DNA of 39,476 nucleotides, taken from assembly GCA_035264305.1 (NCBI GenBank), contig DATFQL010000307.1, positions 1-39,476 on the forward strand, given 5' to 3'. This DNA comes from Candidatus Limnocylindrales bacterium (lineage in GTDB: Bacteria > Chloroflexota > Limnocylindria > Limnocylindrales > CSP1-4). A model generated the notes under the pieces. That model did not search any database, was not told where the DNA came from, and saw nothing but the letters and a program-made list of their open reading frames with translations. Both the position numbers and the translations under genes were made by a program. Positions 1-8,236 of the stretch are shown piece after piece (positions within the stretch are counted from its first letter, which is position 1; each line of letters opens with the position of its first letter).

Positions 1-40
1 GGTATCGCTGGCGCATGGTCGCGTCCGTACACTCCAGCGG

Positions 41-532
41 ATGGACGACGTCACGCTACGCGATGTCACGCCCGACAATCTGTCAGCGGTCCTCGGGCTC
101 GAGGTGTCCCCGGCGCAGGCGGGATTCGTGGCGAGCAACGCGAAGTCCATCGCCGAGGCGCATTTCGAGCCGAAGGCGTGGTTCCGCGCGATCTATGCAG
201 GGGATCAACCGGTCGGCTTCGTGATGCTCTACGACGACCCCGATGGGCCGCAATACTTCCTTTGGCGGCTCATGATCGCTCACGAGCATCAAGGCAAAGG
301 GTACGGCCGACGCGCACTGGAATTGCTCGTCGAGTACGTGCGCACCCGGCCCCACGCCGCGGAGCTGCTCGTCAGCTACCACGAAGGCGATGGCGAGCCA
401 TCCGGCTTCTATCGAACGTTCGGCTTCCAGGACACCGGGCAACGGCTCGAGGGCGAGGTTGTCCTTCGCCTCCCGTTGCCCGATGTATCAGCGCTCGCCG
501 ATGGCTCGGGTGCATTGCCGACCGCTGACTGA
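41..532 (+). CDS. GNAT family N-acetyltransferase (small diamine/spermidine-acetyltransferase-like)
   Basis: 163-aa ORF with high GC3. It carries a GNAT motif A region, WRLMIAHEHQGKGYGRRALELLVEYV (Q/R-x-x-G-x-G/A acetyl-CoA loop), and a C-terminal FYRTFGF motif typical of GNATs. Confidence 0.85.
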   Translation: MDDVTLRDVTPDNLSAVLGLEVSPAQAGFVASNAKSIAEAHFEPKAWFRAIYAGDQPVGFVMLYDDPDGPQYFLWRLMIAHEHQGKGYGRRALELLVEYVRTRPHAAELLVSYHEGDGEPSGFYRTFGFQDTGQRLEGEVVLRLPLPDVSALADGSGALPTAD

Positions 533-655
533 CAAGGACGCTCTGGGCCGGTGACAAACCGCGCTCCGGCCCGGTCCCGCCGAGCCCCGCCGGGTCGCCC
601 GGCGACTGCGCGCCCTGACCTCGGGCGAATTCGTCGGATGACCCGGGGGGAACGG

Positions 656-1321
656 ATGGACGAGGGGCTGATGGAATTGACAGCGGAACGATTCATCGAG
701 GATCTGGAGCGCCTCGGGGCGAGCCCTCGGATGGGGGACATCTTCGCGCTCGCCCGGGAATACCGGGTGATGGAACCGGCCGAGATCGCGAGGTTGATCC
801 GTCATCCGGCTCATGACGTCCGCGTGGGCGCGGTCAGCGTCATGGACTTCCAGGCCCGGAAGACGAAGACCTCGCCGGACCGACGCCGCGAGCTGTACGA
901 GCTCTATCTCGACAATCACGAGCACATCGACAGCTGGGGCCTCGTCGACCGCGCGGCGCCGTACGTCGTCGGTGGATACCTGTGGGACAAGCCGCGAGAC
1001 CCGCTGTACGAGCTCGCCCGGTCGCCACACCCGATGGAACGGCGGACAGCCATCGTTGCGACGTACTACTTCATCCGGCAGCACGACCTCGACGACACGT
1101 TCCGGATCGGTGGGATCCTCGCCCACGACCCGGATGAGCTGGTGCAGAAGGCCGTCGGGGGCTGGGTCCGGGAAGCCGGCAAGCAGGATCTCGACATGCT
1201 CCGCCGGTACCTGGACGCGTACGCCCCCACCATGCCCCGCGTTGCGCTGCGCTACGCGGTCGAACACCTCGATCCCGCGGAGCGGAGCCGGTACCTGGGA
1301 CTGCGCGCCGCGACGACGTAG
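656..1321 (+). CDS. DNA alkylation repair protein (AlkD-like HEAT-repeat family)
   Basis: The translation from [17 protein letters not shown]... contains [32 protein letters not shown] and [13 protein letters not shown], which match the AlkD/DNA-alkylation-repair family as I remember it. The ORF opens at 551, but its first ~35 codons are R/P-rich. The ATG at 656 follows a GGGGGGAA purine tract, so I chose it as the start; this choice is uncertain. Confidence 0.75.
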   Translation: MDEGLMELTAERFIEDLERLGASPRMGDIFALAREYRVMEPAEIARLIRHPAHDVRVGAVSVMDFQARKTKTSPDRRRELYELYLDNHEHIDSWGLVDRAAPYVVGGYLWDKPRDPLYELARSPHPMERRTAIVATYYFIRQHDLDDTFRIGGILAHDPDELVQKAVGGWVREAGKQDLDMLRRYLDAYAPTMPRVALRYAVEHLDPAERSRYLGLRAATT

Positions 1322-1386
1322 CCTCTGTGCATGGGAGCTGGGATGGCGCACAATCCGGTCTCGGGGGTCTCAACGCCGGAGGACGG

Positions 1387-1764
1387 ATGACCGATCTGGG
1401 CTCATCGCACGAAGGGACGACAGCGGAAGCGCTGAACGAGTGGCGCGAGGCGGAGCGGACGGTTGCCGTGGCCAGGCGAGGACGACTCGCGGCCCAGACA
1501 GCGGCCGAGGCCGCGGAGGCAGCCTCCGAGGCCGCTGCGGCGACCGCGATCGCCGCCAAGCAGGCGCTCGTCGCCGCGCAGAACGCGGAAGCGTCCGCGG
1601 CAAAGACGGCGTCCGCCGCCCGGCTGGTCATCGAGTCGACGCGCGTCGACCTCGCGGAGGCCGATACCGATCTCGCCTTCGCCGAGGTGGGCGAAGCGGG
1701 CGCGCACACGTCGTACCGGAACGCGGCTGACCGCGCTGGCGGGCGCCAGGCACCGCCCGACTGA
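1387..1764 (+). CDS. hypothetical alanine-rich, probably alpha-helical protein
   Basis: The ATG at 1387 is preceded by GGAGGA (about 1378-1383). GC3 is high in this frame. The product is dominated by A/E/T low complexity ([20 protein letters not shown]...). I recognise no family. Confidence 0.5.
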   Translation: MTDLGSSHEGTTAEALNEWREAERTVAVARRGRLAAQTAAEAAEAASEAAAATAIAAKQALVAAQNAEASAAKTASAARLVIESTRVDLAEADTDLAFAEVGEAGAHTSYRNAADRAGGRQAPPD

Positions 1765-1929
1765 ACGGGGCCTTCCGGACGCGGTTCTCCTCCAGATCCG
1801 GCCGAGCAACGCCGGTCCCGCGGACCTCACGGGCGCGAGGCGTGGGCGACGCGGCATATCCTCTGGTGCAGGCCACACCCCGGCCTGCATGACTCGACGA
1901 CCCGACCCCGACGAGGAGGCGCGCGCCCA

Positions 1930-3171
1930 ATGCTCACGGCGACCAAGGACCTCATGCTCCCGGCGACCGTCACCGGCTCATGGCCGCGGCCGCGCTGGTA
2001 CGACCAGGGTCTGTGGGGCCGGCCGCTGGACAGCGCGCTTCTCGACGTCCGGTTCCGCGAGCAGTTCCTCGACGCGCACGCGACCGTCCTCGCAGACCAG
2101 ACGCGGGCCGGCCTCGACATCCTGACGAACGGTGACTACCACCTCGACGAGGACTTCGCCGGCAGGTCCTGGCACCACTACCCGCTCCAGCGGTGGAAAG
2201 GCCTCGAGCACGAGGAGCTCCAGTACGAGCGGTCGCGTGACTCGCTGCTCGCATTCGCGCCCGGCACGCTGATGAACGAGATCGAGACGACGTGGCGCTG
2301 GCCCCGCGTCGTCGGCAAGGTCGAGCACGACCCGAGGAACCCGCTCGAGTACGCGAAGCTCTGGCGCATCGCGCAGGCGAGGGCCGGGAAGCCGGTGAAG
2401 TTCGGCACCTGTTCGTCACAGGTGCTCGCGATCTTCCTCGACAGCCACACCTCCGAGTACGAGCTCGACGACAAGAAGCAGCTCATCTGGGACATGGCGA
2501 CCGCGATGAACCTCGAGCTCCGCCAGCTCGCCGCCGCCGGCGCGAAGGTGATCCAGGTCGAAGAGCCGACGATCCACTTCACGGCCGCCTTCCACCCGGA
2601 GCAGACCGAGCTCCTCGACTTCATGGTCGACGCGTTCAACCACGAGGTCGATGGCCTCGACGACGTCGAGCTGTGGATCCACACCTGCTGGGGCAACCCC
2701 AACATGCAGAAGGTCTACAGCGGCGAGTCCTACGCGAACTCGATCGACACCTACCTCAACCGCCTGAAGGGTGATGTCTGGACGATCGAGGCGACGGAGA
2801 ACGACCTCGCCGAGATCGACCTGTTCAAGCCGTACGCGAACAACCTCGCCAAGAAGGTCGCGGTCGGCATGGTCAGCCATCGCACGCTGCAGGCCGACAT
2901 GGCGCCGGTGATCGCGGGACGGATCCGCCGTGCCCTCGAGGTGATCCCCGCCGACAAGCTCGTCCTGTCCAGCGACTGCGGGTTCGGCCGGCAGGGCTTC
3001 AACCGCACCGTGGCGTTCTACAAGGCGACCGGGATCGCGCAGGGCCGGAACCTCGTGCTCAAGGAGCTGGGCCTCGAGGAGCGGTACGTGCCGGCCGCGG
3101 ACGGCGCGCTCCAGACCGACGTCCTGCCCGACCGCGAGCCGCTGACGCACCTGCCGTCACCCTGGGCGTAG
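1930..3171 (+). CDS. cobalamin-independent methionine synthase (MetE C-terminal domain)-like methyltransferase
   Basis: 413-aa ORF with GAGGAGG upstream of the ATG. The N-terminus LPATVTGSWPRPRWY is typical of short MetE-like proteins. Putative zinc ligands are in WIHTCWGNP (His/Cys) and LSSDCGFG (Cys). Confidence 0.8.
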   Translation: MLTATKDLMLPATVTGSWPRPRWYDQGLWGRPLDSALLDVRFREQFLDAHATVLADQTRAGLDILTNGDYHLDEDFAGRSWHHYPLQRWKGLEHEELQYERSRDSLLAFAPGTLMNEIETTWRWPRVVGKVEHDPRNPLEYAKLWRIAQARAGKPVKFGTCSSQVLAIFLDSHTSEYELDDKKQLIWDMATAMNLELRQLAAAGAKVIQVEEPTIHFTAAFHPEQTELLDFMVDAFNHEVDGLDDVELWIHTCWGNPNMQKVYSGESYANSIDTYLNRLKGDVWTIEATENDLAEIDLFKPYANNLAKKVAVGMVSHRTLQADMAPVIAGRIRRALEVIPADKLVLSSDCGFGRQGFNRTVAFYKATGIAQGRNLVLKELGLEERYVPAADGALQTDVLPDREPLTHLPSPWA

Positions 3172-3183
3172 CGACGGTCCGGA

Positions 3184-3852
3184 CTACGACGAGAGGTCGC
3201 GGTCCTCCATCTCCCACGCATGATCGAGCATGTGCCACGCGCAGCGGCGGACGAGGAACTGGACCGTCCACGTCCGCGCCATCACGCCGCGGGTGTTGTA
3301 GTCGCGGATCGCCTCGACGAACGCGTCCCGATACCCGCGCAGGGCCGCCGCGTCCTCGCGGGTCTCGAGCGGGAACTCGACGCCGACCTTGCGCGCGAGA
3401 TCGTAGATCTCCCAGCCGACGACGTGGCGGACGATCTCGTCGCGCTCGCGGCCGCCACCCCGGGGACCCTTGCGCAGCTCGGGGGTTACGCGCGCGGCCA
3501 CGTCGTCCAGGTACGACCAGGACGCCTGCAGAAGCGCGATCTTCCGCTCGCACATGGACTCGGACATCTGGTCATGCTCGGGGCCAGCCGGCACGCCCGA
3601 GAGGCCGTAGAAATCGGTCATGCCGATGCCCGGGAGGCGCTCCACGACCTCCAGATCACCCGCTGCCGCGAACGCGTCCGTGAGCCCGGCGATGGCGGCG
3701 ACCGATGCGTATCGGGGGCGATAGGACTGGAGCACGTCGAGCGCGGCTTCTTCGGTCTTGCCGCTCCGATCCCAGCCCGGCCAGTCGAACGCGCACGCCA
3801 CGGAGCGCTTCTTCTTGCCGCGCTCGACCATCACGCGAACGGCGTTGGGCAT
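3184..3852 (-). CDS. hypothetical protein: HicB-like N-terminal fold fused to a DinB-like four-helix domain
   Basis: 222-aa ORF. The N-terminus VACAFDWPGWDRSGKTEEAALDVLQSY resembles the HicB/UPF0150 ...PG..xxGxTxEEAl pattern. The C-terminal CAWHMLDHAWEMEDR carries the H-x3-H pair typical of DinB/YfiT-fold metal sites. The family assignment is tentative. Confidence 0.55.
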   Translation of the reverse strand: MPNAVRVMVERGKKKRSVACAFDWPGWDRSGKTEEAALDVLQSYRPRYASVAAIAGLTDAFAAAGDLEVVERLPGIGMTDFYGLSGVPAGPEHDQMSESMCERKIALLQASWSYLDDVAARVTPELRKGPRGGGRERDEIVRHVVGWEIYDLARKVGVEFPLETREDAAALRGYRDAFVEAIRDYNTRGVMARTWTVQFLVRRCAWHMLDHAWEMEDRDLSS

Positions 3853-3959
3853 GGCCTCACCCTAAGGTCCCGCGAGCGGGCTGACAACGCAGTGATCCTT
3901 GACGACGTCATCGCGTCCCGTCACGGTCCGAGGGGCCAGACGCAGCGGAGGATGAACGA

Positions 3960-4406
3960 GTGGCCGAGACATCCAACGAGCAGGTCGTCCATCGATATCT
4001 TGCCGCGCACAAGGCGCACGACTACGACGCGGTCGAGACGATGCGGCATCGCGACTGGGCTGTGGACTGGCCGCAGTCCGGCGAGCGGGTGCGTGGCGTC
4101 GCGAACGACCGCGCGATCATGGACAACTGGCCGGGCGGCCTGCCGGAGGCGCTCGAGATACGCGTCGTCGGGGCCGAGGACCACTGGGTGGTGACGCCGT
4201 CGTTCACGATGGTGCGGATCGTCGGGAGCGGCGATTCCTGGTGGGGCGATGGCACCGCGTCGTATCCCGACGGATCGACGTGGCACGCGGCGATGCTCCT
4301 GGAGCTGCGCGGCGGCTTGGTCTACCACGAGACGTGGTACTTCGCGCCGCCGCTCGAGGCGCCCGCCTGGCGCGCCCAGTGGGTGGAGCGCATCGATGGT
4401 TCATGA
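3960..4406 (+). CDS. SnoaL/NTF2-like (ketosteroid-isomerase-fold) protein
   Basis: GTG start with GGAGGA 7 nt upstream. The N-terminus NEQVVHRYLAAHKAHDYDAVETM is the typical SnoaL-like opening helix. Size is about 148 aa. Confidence 0.7.
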   Translation: MAETSNEQVVHRYLAAHKAHDYDAVETMRHRDWAVDWPQSGERVRGVANDRAIMDNWPGGLPEALEIRVVGAEDHWVVTPSFTMVRIVGSGDSWWGDGTASYPDGSTWHAAMLLELRGGLVYHETWYFAPPLEAPAWRAQWVERIDGS

Positions 4407-4441
4407 CCGATTCGGCGGGCCGTTGCGGTAGGGTTCCGGCC

Positions 4442-4963
4442 ATGACGAACCCCATCCTTGCCGATGCGTTCGGCCATCACACGTGGGCGACCGTCGTCCT
4501 GCTCGATGCCTGCGCGAGCCTCAGCGACGAGCAGCTCGCAACGACCGTCCCGGGCACGTTCGGCTCGCTGATCGGGACGCTCCGTCACACCGTTGCCGCG
4601 GACGTGGGGTATCTCGAGCTCTTCGCGCCCGGCGACGTCCCGTCGATCGACGAGGAGGACGCCCTCACCGTTGCCGAGCTGCGGTCGACGATGGCGGCCT
4701 GCGGCGAGGCCTGGGAGCGGGTCGTCGCTCGCGACCTCGATGGCGCCGAGCTGATCACGCGTCATCGGGCGGACGGAAGCACGAGCACGGCACCGCTGTC
4801 CATCCGCATCGTCCAGGCGATCCATCACGGCACCGACCACCGCTCGCAGGTGTGCACCGCCCTGACGGCGCTCGGGATCGAACCGCCCGAGATCGATGTC
4901 TGGGCGTATGCCTGGAAGGACGATCGGCTGAGCGAGACCGAACCCACCACTCCGGTCGCCTGA
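4442..4963 (+). CDS. DinB family protein
   Basis: MTNPILADAFGHHTWATVVLLDACASLSDEQL... is a classic DinB N-terminal helix, and the C-terminal IVQAIHHGTDHRSQV carries an H-x3-H pair. The ORF opens at 4241, but the upstream part is R-rich. ATG at 4442 chosen. Confidence 0.85.
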   Translation: MTNPILADAFGHHTWATVVLLDACASLSDEQLATTVPGTFGSLIGTLRHTVAADVGYLELFAPGDVPSIDEEDALTVAELRSTMAACGEAWERVVARDLDGAELITRHRADGSTSTAPLSIRIVQAIHHGTDHRSQVCTALTALGIEPPEIDVWAYAWKDDRLSETEPTTPVA

Positions 4964-5331
4964 TGTCCGCTCCGAACCCGGATGTCGACGCCTACATCGC
5001 GGCCCTCGCCGAGGACCGTCGCGGTCCGATGACCGAGCTCCGTGAGACGGTCCGGGCCGCCGCGCCTGACGCGGAAGAGGTCATCACGTACAAGATGCCG
5101 GGGTTCAAGGCGCGCGGATCGTTCCTCGTGTCGTACGACGCCTTCAAGCAGCACTACAGCCTGTTTCCGTGGAACGAGGAGATGGTCGCGGAGCTGGGGG
5201 ACCAGATCGCGCCGTACGTCAAGGGACGCGGCACGCTCCAGTTCCCTGCCTCGCAGCCCCTGCCGCTCGATCTGATCCGGCGGATCGTCGAGATCCGCGT
5301 CCGGCAGTCGGCGGCCGAGACCGGGGCCTGA
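4963..5331 (+). CDS. DUF1801 (YdhG-like) domain protein
   Basis: MSAPNPDVDAYIAALAEDRRGPMTELRETVRAAAPDAEEVITYKMPGFK... matches the DUF1801 pattern. The ATG overlaps the DinB stop (TGATG at 4961-4965). Confidence 0.8.
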   Translation: MSAPNPDVDAYIAALAEDRRGPMTELRETVRAAAPDAEEVITYKMPGFKARGSFLVSYDAFKQHYSLFPWNEEMVAELGDQIAPYVKGRGTLQFPASQPLPLDLIRRIVEIRVRQSAAETGA

Positions 5332-5873
5332 CGACCGCCGAGCCGCAGCTTCGGGAGGCTCTGACGCCCGAGCTGTCCGCGGAAGACATCGCCCGCGTCG
5401 CGACGCTCATGCACGCCGCGTTCGACGACTTCACCGACGACGACCTGGAGCACGGGCTGGGCGGCACGCACTGGCTGTTCGAGCTCGAAGGCCGCGTCGT
5501 GGCGCACGCGAGCGTCGTCGAACGCCGCCTCGAGATCGACCGCCGTTCGTATCGCGCGGGGTACGTGGAGGCGGTCGCAGTCGAGCCCGGGCGGCAGGGC
5601 CACGGCCTCGGGTCGAGGTTGATGGCCGCGGCCACGGCGCATATCCGTGCCGCGTATGAGCTCGGCGCTCTCGGGACGGGGGAGCAGCCGTTCTACGAGC
5701 GGCTCGGATGGGAGCGGTGGGCCGGGCGGAGCGAGGTGATCGAGCCCGACGGGACGCGTAGCCCGACGCCCGACGAGGATCCGTGGCTCATGGTGTTGCG
5801 GACCGGGCGCTCGGTCGGCGTGCCCCTCACCGGCATGCTCTCGTGCGAGTGGCGTGCGGGCGACGTCTGGTAG
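5328..5873 (+). CDS. aac(2'): aminoglycoside 2'-N-acetyltransferase AAC(2')-I-like GNAT
   Basis: The translation aligns by eye along its whole length with mycobacterial AAC(2')-Ic (Rv0262c) as I remember it: DFTDDDLEHGLGG vs DFTETDWEHTLGG, YVEAVAV vs YVEGVAV, and the C-terminus CEWRAGDVW vs CDWRAGDVW. The start is uncertain. There is no ATG/GTG/TTG between 5169 and 5409 in this frame. A CTG at 5328 overlaps the upstream stop (CTGA) and gives 181 aa. Confidence 0.8.
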   Translation: MTTAEPQLREALTPELSAEDIARVATLMHAAFDDFTDDDLEHGLGGTHWLFELEGRVVAHASVVERRLEIDRRSYRAGYVEAVAVEPGRQGHGLGSRLMAAATAHIRAAYELGALGTGEQPFYERLGWERWAGRSEVIEPDGTRSPTPDEDPWLMVLRTGRSVGVPLTGMLSCEWRAGDVW

Positions 5874-5890
5874 GTCCGACAGGACGCGGA

Positions 5891-6490
5891 TCAGACCCTC
5901 GAGATCGCATCCCCGACGCGGATGCCCCCGCCGCGGACGACGCGGGCATTGACCCCGCGGAACCGGAGCTCCCGACCCAGCGGCGAGTTGATCCAGCGCA
6001 GCGCATCGCTGCCGAAGCGGCCGCTGAACTTCGCACATCCGGTGTGCGGCTTCTGGCTGATGACGAGCTCGGCGTCCCCGAGGGACAGGTGCGCGCCGGC
6101 CGGCAGGTGCTCGACCGAGAGGTCGAGGTCGACGAGGAGCTGATCGCCGGCGAGCGACCAGCGAGACTCGTCGGGCTCGATCGCGGCGAGGACGCGGACG
6201 GACATCATCGTCAGCTGCGACTCGGGGTTCGCGCGCCCGTCGGGTGAGGAGGAGCTGCCCCGCGCGAGCCAGTTGTCGCCGACGAGCCCCTCGGCGACAT
6301 CGAGCGTCGCTCGGTCCACCAGCTCGCGCCGGTCGCGCGCCGGCCGCCGGACGATCCCGCGCAGCGTGCCGAGGCCGCGGGGCGATGCCGCGACGTCGGT
6401 GACGAACCGAGCGAAGTCCCGTTCCCGGTCGTGCACGCGGTCGACCACCGTCGCGTCGATGAGGACGGGTTCGGGGCGGTCGACTGACAT
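5891..6490 (-). CDS. MOSC domain-containing protein
   Basis: The C-terminal half, ...LVISQKPHTGCAKFSGRFGSDALRWIN...RGVNARVVRGGGIRVGD, has the conserved Cys and beta-barrel signature of MOSC (YiiM-like) proteins. Start taken at the second Met (MSVDRPEP). Confidence 0.75.
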   Translation of the reverse strand: MSVDRPEPVLIDATVVDRVHDRERDFARFVTDVAASPRGLGTLRGIVRRPARDRRELVDRATLDVAEGLVGDNWLARGSSSSPDGRANPESQLTMMSVRVLAAIEPDESRWSLAGDQLLVDLDLSVEHLPAGAHLSLGDAELVISQKPHTGCAKFSGRFGSDALRWINSPLGRELRFRGVNARVVRGGGIRVGDAISRV

Positions 6491-6526
6491 CGCAGGAGTG
6501 TGCCGCATCCGGGACGCTTGAGCTGG

Positions 6527-7048
6527 TCAGGCGCCGCGCGTGTCGCGTGCCCGTTCGCGCTCGAGGACGAAGTCGAGGAAGTCGAGCTCGCCGGGCGACC
6601 GCCCGGCCAGCGTCAGCGCGACCGCGCAGTCGCTGAACTGCTGGATCGAGTGGGTGTACAGGTGCTGGAGGTGGACCCAGAAGGGGTGGGAGCCGCCGTG
6701 CTCCGCCGGACACGCACCCTCCAGCGCCGCCTCGTCGAGCGTGGCGAGCCAGCCGCGCATCTCGCGCTCGTCCTCGACCCAGCGATCGCGAAGCTCGGCC
6801 ACCGTGCGGAAGTCGCTCGGATCGAGCTCCTCGTCGTCGGGCGAGAACTCGGTCGGGTCGGGGCCTCGCAGCCGCTCGCGCCAGCTCCACTCGACGTCGA
6901 GCTCGTGGACCAGCGTTGCGCGCAGGTCCCGGATCGTGGCGTGGGCGTCGGTCGTGAGCGGGACGCCGGGCGCGTCCGCCGCCCGCAGGATCCGGTCGCG
7001 CATCCAGTACAGGTGGTCGAACAGCTCGGCGATGTCGGAGGGACGCAT
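6527..7048 (-). CDS. DinB family protein
   Basis: MRPSDIAELFDHLYWMRDRILRAA... is a DinB_2-type N-terminal helix, and FWVHLQHLYTHSIQQ carries an H-x3-H pair. The ORF opens at 7135, and alternative starts exist at 7084 and 7135. Confidence 0.75.
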   Translation of the reverse strand: MRPSDIAELFDHLYWMRDRILRAADAPGVPLTTDAHATIRDLRATLVHELDVEWSWRERLRGPDPTEFSPDDEELDPSDFRTVAELRDRWVEDEREMRGWLATLDEAALEGACPAEHGGSHPFWVHLQHLYTHSIQQFSDCAVALTLAGRSPGELDFLDFVLERERARDTRGA

Positions 7049-7224
7049 TCCCGCATCGTCGCATGGCCCTGCGATCCGCAGCATCCTTGGGGCATGCCTG
7101 TCCGGTTCCCCTTGAACAACACCGTCTACCCGCACGCCGAGGAGATGGCCGGCGACGGGGAGCGGCTGGGGCTGCTCGCGTGACGGCGGGTGAACCTCTC
7201 GACGGCGGGCCGGGTACCCCCGGC

Positions 7225-8184
7225 GTGAGACCGTTCCGCTTCCTCGCCGACCCCGGCGACATCACCGACGGTCCGTCGCTTCGCGAGAGCGCCCGGCGTG
7301 CCGAGTCGATCGGATATCACGTCCTCGTCTATCCGGACCACGTCGTGGTCCCGTTCGGGTTCGTCCCGCTGCTCTCGACGGTCGCTGCCGCCACGGATCG
7401 GCTGCGCGTCGCGCCGTTCGTCGCGAACAACGACCTGCGCCATCCCGCGCTGCTCGCCCAGGACCTCGCGACGCTCGACGTCCTGTCGGGTGGACGGGTC
7501 GAGGTGGCGATCGGCGCCGGGTGGAACGAGCCCGAGTACTCGGCGCTGGGCATCCGGTTCGAGCCCGTCGGCGTCCGCGTCTCGCGGCTCGCGGAGGCGG
7601 TGGCGGTGCTCAAGGGCTGCTTCGCCGACGGGCCGTTCTCGTTCGCGGGGGAGCACTACGTGATCACCGGGCACGACGGCCAGCCGGCGCCGGTCCAGAA
7701 GCCGCACCCGCCGTTGTTCATCGGCGGCGGCGGGAAGCGGATCCTGACGCTGGCGGCACGCGAAGCGGACATCGTCGGCCTCGCGCCACGCACCCTGCCG
7801 ACGACCGACGGCGGCGACATCGTCCGGTCGGACCCGCGGTCGATCACGATCGCCGCGACCGAGGAGAAGCTCGGCTGGATCCGCGAGGCCGCCGGCGCCC
7901 GAGCGGGGTCGGTCGAGATCAACGTCTACCCGACCGGCGGCCCGCCGCTGCTGACCGACCACGCGCGGAAGGCGGCAGCCGACGTGCTCGACGGGATCCG
8001 CGCGCGAACGGGCGTCGAGGTCGATGTCGACGACTATCTCGCCTCGCCGCACGTGTTCATCGGCTCGGTCGACGGGCTCGTCGCGAAGTTCGCCGAGCTC
8101 CGCGAGCGCCTGGGCATCTCGTCGTTCATGGTGGGGGACGTCGACACCCTGGCACCCGTGGTGGAGCGACTCTCCGGGTTCTGA
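7225..8184 (+). CDS. LLM-class (luciferase-like) F420-dependent oxidoreductase
   Basis: (V)RPFRFLADPG..., IGYHVLVYPDH, RLRVAPFVANNDLRHPALLAQDLATLDVLSGGRVEVAIGAGW and PHPPLFIGGGGKR are typical of the TIGR03621-type probable F420-dependent LLM family. GTG start at 7225, with an alternative GTG at 7180. Confidence 0.8.
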   Translation: MRPFRFLADPGDITDGPSLRESARRAESIGYHVLVYPDHVVVPFGFVPLLSTVAAATDRLRVAPFVANNDLRHPALLAQDLATLDVLSGGRVEVAIGAGWNEPEYSALGIRFEPVGVRVSRLAEAVAVLKGCFADGPFSFAGEHYVITGHDGQPAPVQKPHPPLFIGGGGKRILTLAAREADIVGLAPRTLPTTDGGDIVRSDPRSITIAATEEKLGWIREAAGARAGSVEINVYPTGGPPLLTDHARKAAADVLDGIRARTGVEVDVDDYLASPHVFIGSVDGLVAKFAELRERLGISSFMVGDVDTLAPVVERLSGF

Positions 8185-8236
8185 GCCGCGACATTTGTCG
8201 GAGCCCCGCGTCGAGGGCCTCCGGCATCATGACCCG

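Noticed and set aside
1765-1929. Possible SAM or cobalamin riboswitch upstream of the MetE-like gene, including a perfect 8-bp hairpin TGCAGGCC-acacccc-GGCCTGCA at 1867-1889
   Set aside because: There is no B12 box, no GGUG..AAUCC..CCCGC core and no SAM-I/IV junction motifs. The hairpin alone is not diagnostic and has no U-tract.
5154-7265. 703-aa minus-strand ORF spanning several annotated genes. Similar giants occur at 8126-9808 (-), 12422-13999 (-), 16402-18117 (-), 12739-15585 (+), 10255-11820 (-), and in the 5' part of 23850-28187 (+).
   Set aside because: Their products are overwhelmingly R/P/A/G-rich with no motifs. They run antisense or out of frame to ORFs with clear family signatures. 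Such open frames are expected by chance at this GC content.
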